From Azolla caroliniana (taxonomy: Eukaryota > Plantae > Polypodiophyta): a DNA stretch of 64,000 nt. The position numbers were made by a program, and so were the translations under genes. Of the stretch, positions 15,008-26,800 are shown piece after piece. The notes beneath the pieces are model-generated. The model did not search any database, was not told the origin of the DNA, and saw only the letters and a list, made by a program, of their open reading frames with translations. The first letter of the stretch is position 1. Each line of letters opens with the position of its first letter. The stretch spans positions 2,666,001 to 2,730,000 of the forward strand of contig JBHGNT010000017.1 of NCBI GenBank assembly GCA_043228905.1. Direction: 5' to 3'.

Positions 15008-15182
15008 TAACCATGGTTAAATTCCAACCTCAACCATGGTTAAGCGCTAGCCTTAACCATGGTCAAATTCCAAAGGTAACCATGGTTAAACACCAGCCCT
15101 TAACCATGGTTCAATTCCAAAGGTAACCATGGTTAAACGCCAGCCCTTAACCATGGTTCAATTCCAAAGGTAACCATGGTTA
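15008..15182. repeat. Tandem array of 8 (near-)palindromic TAACCATGGTTA units at 23-24 bp spacing (47-bp higher-order dimer)
   Basis: Cores start at 15008, 15031, 15054, 15077, 15101, 15124, 15148 and 15171. Spacers alternate between AATTCCAAAGG-like and AACGCCAGCCCT-like. Confidence 0.95.
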
Positions 15183-18100
15183 TGTTCGAACCTGAACCCG
15201 TGTTTACATTATCGCCTCTCTTCCTCATCAAAGCCTCCTCCTTCCTTCCTTTCGCCACTTCTGAGAGAAAATCAATCAGGAGCTCTATTATTATTTATGT
15301 TTTTGACCCCCTCCCTCTCTTCTTCTTATCGATCGATAACCACTTCCCAACTTTTTTTTCCCACCATTCCCCGATGTTCCTTCGTTATGTTCCCATTTCT
15401 CGATGTCGATTGTTTTTGCGGATGAGTGTGATTGTACCCAAGTACTCTCTCGGTCTTTGTCCTTGAGGTTTCCCATGTTTAGGTACTAAATATATCTACT
15501 ACACGTTTTTCTCACATAACCCACCCTTTCATCCTTCGGGGACACACCATCACATGCTCAAACCTCTCGTCTTGTTTGATGTTTATTTCTTTGTTATTGT
15601 TGTTTTTACCTTGTTTCTACATCCCAAAAAAAAAGTCGCCTTGGATATAAAAAAACCTTCTTCTGTCATTTGTGCTTTGTGATTCATATTTCCTATTCAA
15701 AGATGTATGCATATTGTACTTTTCTCCTTCGACAATCAAGGATGTGACAAGTTATTTTAGCCTCTAACCTTGAGCAATGCTCACTCTCTAAACAATAGCT
15801 GAATTCAAGTAAAATACTTTGTTGTTCTCGAGTAAATTTAATTGGTGTTAGCCGCTCCCTAACAAGTGTTTCTTCTAACAAAGTAATATATAAAAATGTT
15901 GCCATGCATGGTTGCCGAACTATACATTGATTGATCCCTCTACATGGCCTCAACCAATTCACATGCTTGAGTGGCATCACGAGTATATTTCATCTTCACG
16001 TAAACCCCTCTTCATTGTTCTGTTAAAATAATGTTGGATTTATGTAAGACTTTATGCATAACTGGTGAGCCCTTCGTTCAAAGGTGTGCTTGCTAAATTG
16101 AATCCACCATTATGTGTTGATCTCTTATTTCTAGTCATGAAAATATCATGATGGTTGTGCTTAAGAAAATCCCAATTTGAAAGCGAGGCATTGCACGTTA
16201 CTCATGACAACTTACACACTTTACAATTTAACATTCTATCTACCTTTTGAGTTGTGATAGAAGATGTCTTATAGCCATGTAAGTTGGTATGTTGGGAGCG
16301 TGGAACCGGTCATCTAAAGTTTCTTGAGTTCGTTGTTGAAAAAATAGGTAAAAGTTTAACATGCATATAATATACAAGTAGTAAATGAAAACATATAAAA
16401 GCAAAGAAAATGCAATGTCTTTATTCGGATGTTATTATTTAGTGCACATTGAACTCCGTTCATAATTTTGGGTTTGTAAGAGTAAAAAATATACCTGAAA
16501 ATAGAAATATATGAAAATTATTCACTAAAACCAATCCAATGGAAGAAAGCTATATGTTTCGTAGAATAATGACCCAAAAACATGAAACATAAATAGTAGA
16601 AAAAAATGGAGAATATGTATGAAGAGTGATTGTGTTGAAAAATGGTTTATCAAATCTAAGTGTTAAATTGTATAATGTATTATTTAATTGTTCAGACACT
16701 CAACTTTACATGAAGGGCCTAAAATAATATTCGTTGAGGATACAATTATTGTTTTGCTAATAAAGCTTTAAACTTGATACAACATGCAATGACTTCTTAA
16801 TTAGCATTTATATTTAGTGCATGCATTCATAAACAAGTTTTTAGTTTCTACATTGAACAAGGATGTAATGTAGGAAGATAGATTGTTAAGTTATGACTCG
16901 TGACAATCAAATGTGAGAGAAAAATGAACAACCAATGTGTGGATTACCTAAACTTACATGCCATGATGTACCCCGTCCTCTCTACATCTTCTTACCATTG
17001 AACTCATTATTCTTGGACCATATCTTTATCTAAAACTAGTTAAATCGCGTCTTTATACTTCATACTATTGTTTTCCTTCATGTTGTATTATTTTTTCATG
17101 CCTTCATGGTAACCGTGGTTGTATTAGATATTGTCTCTTCATTTGGTTTGTCCGATCTTGTGGCATCACAAATGCCCAATGCTTCATAGCCACATTTCAT
17201 CTTCCTTGTAAGTTGTATTATCATTATGAGATATTGTTTAGTATTTCCATCTCATCCATGAGCAGTTTGTCATGACTTAGTCGTCTATACATTGAGCATG
17301 CATTGCATCACATGATTAGGCATTATTTTTTGGCATGTCAAGTCCGTTCATGTTTTATTATCACTTCTAAATTTGTATTTTGATCCATATTTATATGCAC
17401 ATATTTTCTTCATTTGAAAGGAATGGAATACATTCACGAACTACAAGTGACAAAGGTATGTGAATTTTCATCGATGGTTGGCTTGCTTTACATGGCAACT
17501 ATGCACACATTTTCAAATATTTGGTGTTAAAATTGTAGGTCATTTACTTGTCTATATTCCACTAAGACTTGTCATATTAGTTGTCTGTCTTTGGTGAGTC
17601 ATAATAGTACATGCAACAAAGGTACATGAGATTCTTTCGTTAAGACTCGTCAAACTAGTTGTTCTTTATCATGCAAGGGATCAAACAAACTCTAAAACTA
17701 GAATCAAAATATGTAAATACCTAAAATCTCATAAGGTTATCCATTAAGACTTGTCAAACTCATTGTTTCTCATCATCGAATTTCCAAAAAAGAATGTGTT
17801 TGTTGAAAACTAAATACGTCTATGACAACGTTTCCATTGCTACTTCCATCCAACTTTGTAGTGTTGGATGTTGTGATTGAAACTAGATTTATATATTTTT
17901 GGATACATTCAATATATATTTTGTCAAAATATTAAATATAATAATGTTTCTTATAGAATGGGAAATAATTTTTTTAAGACAATGTCAAAATGATTTAAAA
18001 ATATACCCACGCAAGGTTTTACATCCTTTGTTTTGATCTTCATTGGAGGCATTGGTATAATTAGTACAATATTGAACTATTCATGCAACATGGAATAGTG

Positions 18101-20416
18101 ATTGGAATGAGAAAGGAAGAAACACAAGAATATGATTCTAGCCAATGTCAACAAATAATAAAGGTCATGTCAATAACACAGTTCCTAGAGTCTTGGATTT
18201 GATAATAAAGTCAAACTTCAAGTTTAAGGTGATCATAATAAATTGATGTATGATAGTGAAAGGAGGAGTTTCTTGAAGGGAATTGGGGTAACCATAAGTT
18301 AATAAAAACATAAACATCTATAAGAGTTTCCTCCAAAAGTTTCAATCATCACATAACATCCTCATTAAATTGTCGATGACACGATTAAAGCTAATGATCA
18401 TAAGCCATGACATTTAAGTTAAATGATATATAGAATATCTTATTACCATTTCAAACCCTATACAATAGGAATGTCGTGGGACGAGATAGCAAATGAAGAT
18501 GATACATTGTCACCTTCTTATGAGGTCAAAATGGTGGTGTATTCTTGTTGGGAGCACAATTGCAATATGAGGTCGTGCAAAGATAATTCTAAAAAATTTC
18601 ATAAATCATAATTACGTCACTGTAATTGTAAATACTTGACTAATTATGCGGTGTTCAAAACAATTTCATAATGGTTATGTAACAATCCCTTATTTGTTGG
18701 TATGGAGTATTGCATATGATGCATGCACAACTTATCCTTCTCAATGCGGCAAGCTCTTAGAATGGTTGATCACAAGTAGCATAGCAGACTTGAGAACTTG
18801 AAGTCTACATATATCGTCTTTCCACCTAAACTTACTTTCTGCTCTAAGTGAATAACCATTTTTTTTTCCTTCCATTAGTTGTATAAAAAGGGTCATAACA
18901 ACTACAACATACAAAGTTTTTTCCCTCCCATCCCGTCTTGTGAATAACCATATTTCATCAACTATGATTGTGTTAATCTATTCTTTATGCTTAATTGACC
19001 ATTTACACTCGCATGACAAAGTGGATATTAAACCCACACTTTACAATTCCCTTTTTACCACACAATTACATTTTTTGAAAGTTACATGTTTTAGAGACGT
19101 GCAAGGTTAACTATACATAAACACACACACGTACAAATACGGTCATTAGATCATTAAATTAATGAAACTTGCATAAGGACAAAACATTGTGCTTGGGTGT
19201 TCTATATAAAAGGACTTTTTGAGTGTAACATGAAAAAGCACTTTAGCTAGCTAAGGAGGTTTCACATATTGCATTGAGAGTAATTACATATAGCACCCCA
19301 TGTAAAATAACATCACCACATTTGCTCATATTCATTACATCATTATGTGTTTCTAATTTTGAGAATTACATTGAATTCATCATGGCAAGCAAAGCTTTTT
19401 AGCGGAGCATGATGTTACTGCGAGTTGTGTGTTAAGTACTTTAATTTTCATTTTTGCCATGAGAGATGACAAAATAAGACCCTATATAAAACCACCTCAA
19501 CAATGAGAGAAACAAGTGAAAATAGGGGGAACATGTATTATTGAAATTCCATTTCATGATATACTATGTAATCGATATTGGGGGTTCAACCAAAAAAGTT
19601 GTATCGCCCCGACTGTCTTTTCATTGATTCTATATTTATAGCCAAAGTCACCATGATTGATCAAGATGAAGAATTGGGGGCTGAGTACTAATATGGATGG
19701 AGCGAATAGACTCAAATAGGTAAAGAATCTCACATATCTTTGATAAAATGATCAATAATCTCACCACCACCATATTTTGTTAGTAGTGTAAGATGCAACA
19801 CAGAATACAAACGTGTAGAACCTCTAAATAAATCTGTTGAAAATATGTCTCAAACTAAAAACTCAAAACAATTTATAATACTGAAAGTCTCAAAATGATA
19901 CTTTGGCCCATGTAAAGGGTTCATGTTATGTAAGACATATTACTATCCCATATAAAACCTTTCAGCCTCGTGTTGTATTTTACTTAAACATAATGCTGTG
20001 TATATATTATTATTCCACAATGAGAATATTATGAAAAAGGACATCAATGCACCTTGCATTTCTACAAATCTTAAATGATACATTAAAATGCGGCTTAAAT
20101 CAGGACTTGAATGATCTTTCTAATTCAAGGTTCTGATGCCACACTTTAGAGTCTTTAACAAGCATCACTCAGTTTTATGAGAATGGAGGTTCTTGAGGAA
20201 TTTTCTATAAGGGTCGTGTTGCACTACTCTATTATCACCATGTAAAGACAAGTCGTTTTGTCATGGTATGAAGATCAATGAGAAGCTTCTAAATATCATT
20301 GTCTGTATAGAAGCCATAACCTTAATACTTACTGGATTGAAAGTTGTAAAGAAAAGGTAACAATTGGAGGACATGAACCAAAACCATGGACAAGTTTCCT
20401 ATGAACATGTTTCCCA

Positions 20417-21260
20417 CTACATGGTCTGGACCAATTCTCTGAAAATGACTGATACACCCACATGTTCCCTCATTCCTACAAAACAATATATCAACACAAC
20501 ATATGTTGATCATTAAGAACCACATTATATATCAAAACTGTCATATAAACCAGAGAGCACAACGAACCTTTCCGGACAAAATGAAAGTACACTGCGTGAA
20601 GCAGAGTTATTTCACAGCAATGTTTGCTCAACATGAATGGCAGCCTAGCTATATTGAATGAGTTGTCCTACAGAATCATGCAAATCAAGGCATGAGTCAA
20701 GTAGTGCCACAACATCAAGTTCATTCATGACAAACAGAAGGCTTACCATTTGGATCAGTATCAATACCAAGCCCACTGCATGTCAATATTAAACCCTTAA
20801 AACGGTTGAGATACTCCTGTTAAACAATTTAAGTAACCGTTAAAGTGCACAATTTGACACTTTGCCTTTCAATTAATTCACCCTATGCATGACTTGAATT
20901 CAACCTATGATATGCATCAAAGTGTCTTGGGAGCATATTTAAAGATCAAGGAGTCATCGGTCTTACTATTATTGTATATTGACGAATATCGATGTCTGCA
21001 CACATGTCGTATTCAAGACGTTTCACAGGATCACTTAGGACTGCTTCAAATGGTTACAGAACAGTAAGGATAACGATGCGAGAAACAGAATGATCCTTAC
21101 TGGTTTACACTCTGTAGATTACCTCGATATGCCTCGCTGATTTCCTGAAACTTTCTGGTAGCATGATCATCCCCCTTGTGTTTATCTGGATGCCACTTCT
21201 GCAAGGCAAAAATTATAGAATTATGTCATCAGTACACACACACACACAAAGAGCTCTGAC

Positions 21261-21315
<55 letters not shown>

Positions 21316-23271
21316 AATGCGAGTCGCAGATAATTGCTTCTTATTGATTCATCCGAAGCATCATAGTTGACTTCCAGCACCTCATAAAAGTCATCCTGAT
21401 CATTCACAAGTAAATCCAAAATTCAATGCATCTTTCAGAAAACAGAATATTTCCTGGGCATGTAAATTGACGGATTTACAAACATTTAGTTGAATCAAAT
21501 TCTCCGAACGGTTTAGGGCCAGTTTTAATCATTCTTGTAGCAGATCCACTACAGATCATACATGTCGATTGGGGGGGGGGGGGGGGGTTCAATAAACAAA
21601 GGGTTCTCTGATGCTGTCATGTGCACAAAAAATTGCTTTTTTATGAAATAGAGTTGTAGAGTGGGGAATGATCACTGCAGTGAATCTCTGTAATGTGGCG
21701 AGAATAGGCAATTTGACAGAATGCATGGCATTGAATTATTGATTCCATTTTGAAAAGGCCAGGGAAATGGTATCTGAAGCAAACAGTTGGGGGATGCAAA
21801 TTGAACCACTCTGCTTAGAAAAGGTACACCTACTTTAGATAGTTGAAATGTACGTCAAGGTATCATCAAATTGTGCAACAATTCAGTGAAGGGATAAAAG
21901 TCTCATGAGTTTCACCTGGTGAATGGTAGTTTTCCAAACTGCAAACACATATGGGCCAGAATGTATGGTTTAAAGCCTCGAAAATGCTTCTGTGGGATAT
22001 CATTTTGCACCATGAAATCAAGGGGATGAGCTCCATATGGCATACATCACTATCCACTTTATTATCAATACCAGAAAAGTCTAAAGTTCATATATCAAAC
22101 CGTGAAGCTGTCATATCTTAAAACAAGTTACAATGCTGGATTTTATTGATAGAGAAAACTCTAAACTTTTGCAAAAGAACCAATTATTATTATTATTTTC
22201 CCACGTTTAATCACAGCAAATCTGATTTATCAGATAACATTCAACACCCAAAAACGAAAGAACACATGCTACAGATGGAAAGAACTATCAAATTCAAATG
22301 ATCCTCTGTATTCCACATATTCTACCCTTATTTAATGATGCTCCAAATTGTGAGAATAGGTCTCTAATAAAGAGGAGCTGGGAACATATATTTTGCCTTT
22401 ACGTAAACCTAAGCTCAAGTACGGAAGTAACAGAAAAAAGTAGTTAAAAAATCAAAGAAGATCACAGAACCATTGCTCAATGCTGAGAAACAGACAATTT
22501 CTTGGGAGAAAGTAGTCTGCAAATATTGATTGCATTATTCTGAAGCCAAAAGTAAAAATATTTATCTTATGGATTTCTTACATGGTCAGGAAATATGTGA
22601 TTCAGATTTCCTTAAGAATGTCTTTCCTTCCATATAATTGCTGCTCATGGACTTACTCAGAAGAATTGAATGGAAGTTTTCACAGCATCCAGGCAGCTAA
22701 TAAGGGCCACACTGAACAAGGTCATTGACGAAATCCCAAGGCTCACAAAAACCTTATATTCAGGCTACATGCACAGTTTTTATTCAAGTACTATGATTTT
22801 TTGTAGTGATCGGTTAAGTCCAATGCATGAGAGGGATTTGTGATGAGAAAATGCAATTTATATTTGATGTGTAGGAGCCTGTGAATGAACCGGCTGTTCT
22901 ACCAGAAAATACTATATATGCTTCAGCTTGGTATGATTATGTCTCCTGACCATACCAAAATTACCAGTGACACTACTCGTGATAGAACATACATGCTCTT
23001 CTTTGTTTCTTTCTCTGCCTGCCTGCCTGTTTGTCTTTTCATGGCTATGAACTTCACAAAATTCTGGTTTTATGTAGAGAGCTATATAACGGCAAACATT
23101 TGCTGTAACCGGTATCACATTAACCGTACCTAAAGTCTTATCACAATCTCTCTCTTTCTCGACCACTCTCTGTGCAAATAGATATGTGTGGATTCATACC
23201 TTTCGATTCTCTTGCAACTTGTCGAAGACAAATTCATCGTGATCAGATTTGTGTGTGTCCTCCTGGCTCAT
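20417..23271 (-). CDS. Small type-C DnaJ (J-domain) protein
   Basis: Exons 23271-23200 (MSQEDTHK), 21395-21315 ([20 protein letters not shown]), 21198-21123 ([19 protein letters not shown]), ~21040-20967 ([12 protein letters not shown]), and ~20816-20747 ([17 protein letters not shown]). HPD motif intact. Last exon (~20475-20417) is uncertain. Confidence 0.88.
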
Positions 23272-23819
23272 TATCTGCGCAGGCAAATCATGCCCTCCTC
23301 CTCCTCCTCCTCCTCCTCCTCTTCTTCTTCTTCTTCTTATGATGATGATGACGACGATGATGAAGAAGAAAGGAATTCCCTCTTCTTATGAAATTGGTGG
23401 AGAAGAAGAAATTTTCTTTCTCTTTCAGTTGTGCGTGAGAATAGAATGAAAATTGACTGCTTTTTGGATGATGACGATGATGGTGGTGTTCTGTTCTGTT
23501 CTGCTCTGCTCTGTGTCTGCTTCTTTATCTGTGTAAAAAGAAGGAAGGCTCGTTTTTCTTCTTCTTTTTTCCGCAATAAGAATAAAAGCTTTCTTTGTTT
23601 TGGTTTATTGCAAGGCAGAGTAGAATGGAGATGAGATTTGTATGTATATGAAGCTGATGTGGATGTATAGATGGATCAAATGTGTGTGTACATACACATG
23701 CACATACATGGATTACACAAATTTAGACATATCCACTACACACTTAGACCTCGTTCCCATGTTCCCATTATTGCAAATGCTCTCCATTCAAGCTACACCG
23801 CTATAAAATAAATTGATTG

Positions 23820-26800
23820 TGTTGAGCGGCAAGCTCAACTGGAGCTGGATCGGCTGGATAAGCATGAGCCGGGAAGCGAGACGGATCGGTAAGCCATGAG
23901 GAACCGAGCCGGCAAGCAACAGAGCCAGTGAGTTGGGGAGCCGGTTAGCCGGATCCAATCGGTAACCGGAAGCCTAGTATTAGTTTAGACTACTAGGCAA
24001 TTATAGTCTCGCAGTAAGTGTGAGAAGCTCGTGTGAGCATTGAAGTACGTGGTACTTCTGTCAGTCCCACGAGGACTTGTATAAATAGTGCTACCGAGCA
24101 CAGTTGTAAGTGATAGAGTGTTTTATATTTTTTGAATATAGCTTTGAGGTTCTGCTCTCTCTGTCTCTCCCCGTGTACTCTGTGTATTCCCTGATTTCCC
24201 TGTCTTCTAACGCTTCCGCAAGTAATCGTTTTCATGGTATTAGAGCGCGAGGGTTGAGAACCTCCGCAGTCGACAAACGCTTGAAAGCAAACCCTAACAG
24301 ACAGAGAAGTGATGGATAGAGGAATGACTAGCTCGCTCCTTGTAGAGAAACTCGACAGATCCAACTACGCATCTTGGTCGTACAAGATGCACCAGTACTT
24401 GCTTGGGCATGGCTACTGGAGCTTCATCGAAGGAGCCAACGAAACAACACCTGATGCGGCACATAAGGATTTCCCAGTGTGGGAACAATCGACAAGCAGA
24501 GTGATGTACTGCTTCGCGTCCAGTGTCGGAGACCAGCTGCTGAGCCACATCCGAGACGCCAAGACGCCGAAGGAGGCTTGGGGAAACCTGAAGAAGGTTT
24601 TCACCGCAAGCACTACGGCTCGGAAGCTGCAACTCCGACAGGAGTTGAGCAATGTCCGACAGAAGGACATGTCAGTGGCGGATTACACGGCCCGGATAAA
24701 AGAGATCTGTGACTCGCTTGCCTCTATCAATGTTACCGTAGAGGAAGACGAGATGGTACAAGTCTGTCTTGGGGGCCTGGCGTCTAAGTTCAGAGCATTC
24801 CGAACGGCGGTATGTACAAGAGAGAATACGTCATCATTTTTCGACTTACAGTCGATGCTCCTTGTAGAAGAGAACCATGCCGGTGCGTCAACTAGCGCAC
24901 CCACTGACAGCCGGATGCTGTACACGGAGGCAGATCGGTCCCATGGGAGTGGTGGACGAGGCGGGTCGGCATGCAATGGAGGTGGCCGGCAAGAGAAAGA
25001 ACGAAGGCACAGAGAACGTGCCAATAGTAGTTCCGGGACTTCCACAAGCAGGGGGAGTCAAGGCGGTGCCGGAGGCCGACAAGACAAATCTGCAACGGAA
25101 TGTTGGTATTGTGGCAAAGAGGGCCACAGAGAAAGTGAGTGCTGGAGAAAACGCACCGATTCGGACAAATTCGGATCCGGCAAGGCCGGCAAGGATGGCT
25201 GGCAAAGCTTGCACTACGCGAAGGGATCGGGAGGATCCAAGAACGGTAACGGGCCAACCATGGTGATGAAGCACGAGGTGAACTCAATGAAGAAGACCAC
25301 TTCCAAATCGGAGGAAGTGTGGTATGTTGATTTTGGTGTGTCGAACCACATGACGAGCCACAAAGAGTGGTTCTCCTTCTTGGAGAAACCGGATCAACCA
25401 GGTGTAGTCAAAACCGGAGACGACACTCCTCACCCAATCGTGCACGTTGGAGAAGTCCCTTTGAGCCACGTCGGACAGAAGGGGAAGCTGATGAACGTAT
25501 TACACGTTCCGACAATCACGAAGAACCTGGTGTCGGTCGGACAAATCGTCGACCAGGGGATGTAGGCGCGGTTTACGCACCTTGGGTGCTTCATCGAGGA
25601 AGAGGGCCAGATTATTGCGCAAGGGCGTAGAGACGGGAGGATGTTTATCCTCGACATCAATGACTTCAGCACCGCTTTGTTTGCAAAAGGACAGAAGGTC
25701 GAATCGGACATCGACCTGTGGCACAAGCGGATAGGCCACTTCAATTGCCGGAGGCTTCAAGACCTGCAAACGAAACAAGTTGTTTTCGGTTTGCCGAAGT
25801 TTAGCGGCCGGAAGGCCCAAGTATGTGAAGCCTGCCAACTCGGGAAGCAACACCGACTTCCATTCACTACTGAATGTAACCGGAGCCGTAACAAGCTCGA
25901 CCTTATCCATTCGGATGTGTGGGGATTGGCACAGAATGTTAGTCTTGGCGGGAGTCGATATTTCGTCTCCTTCATCGACGACTTTACGCGGCACACATGG
26001 ATCTACCTCATTGAGTGGAAGAGTGAAGTCTTCGAGTGTTTCCGGAGCCTCCAAAGCATGGTGGAACGGGAATCGGCGAGGAAGATCAAATGCCTGTGGT
26101 CGGATGGCTATTCAACAGTTATCTGCAACAAAAGGGAATTCGGCGAGAGTTCAACTACAGATACACACTGCAACAGAACGTTGTTGCCGAAAGGAAGAAC
26201 TGGTCGCTCATTGATGCGGCAAGGGCAATGCTAGAGGAGAAGAGCATGCCCAAATTCTACTGGGCAAAGGCAGTCCAAACGGTTGTCTACATCCAGAACT
26301 GGATCGGTGACAAGGTGTCAGCTCACGAGCTGTATTTCGGGCGGAAGCCGAATTTGAGACACCTTAAGATCTTCGGTAGCATTGCATATGTTCATGTACA
26401 GATGAGAAGCGGAGGAAGCTGGATGCAAAATCGGAAAAATGCATCCTAGTCGGTTATGCTCAAGAGCAAAAGGGTTATAACTGTTATAACCCCCGGACAA
26501 AGCAGGTTTGAGTTAGTCGAGATGTCGAGTTCGATGAATCGGCATTGTGGTACTCCTTACCGACTCCAACTTCCGACTCTGACCCGATGCTGGAGGATGA
26601 GGCCAGTGAGCCTGAACCGGCCCAGGTAGATGATGATGAAGCGTGGACTCAGGATGAGAGTCCGGAATCGTTTCGGTTGAGCGGGCCAAACGAGAGACTG
26701 AGTCAATCTGACCAGTCCAATGAGGAACCGACGAGTAGTGGAGACTCTGCCGTGCACTCCCCGCGCAAGGAACCGAGGAGACGGATCACGTGCAAAGAGA

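Noticed and set aside
14382-15014. 210-aa ORF on the - strand
   Set aside because: Low-complexity alternative frame over the 5' leader and exon 1 of the deubiquitinase gene.
15008-15182. CRISPR-like look of the palindrome array
   Set aside because: Eukaryotic context, 12-bp repeats with only two alternating 11-12 bp spacers, and no cas genes.
15500-19300. Possible decayed DNA transposase (MULE/SWIM-like Cys/His pieces near 18400-18790)
   Set aside because: Too degenerate; no convincing motif, TIR or TSD by eye.
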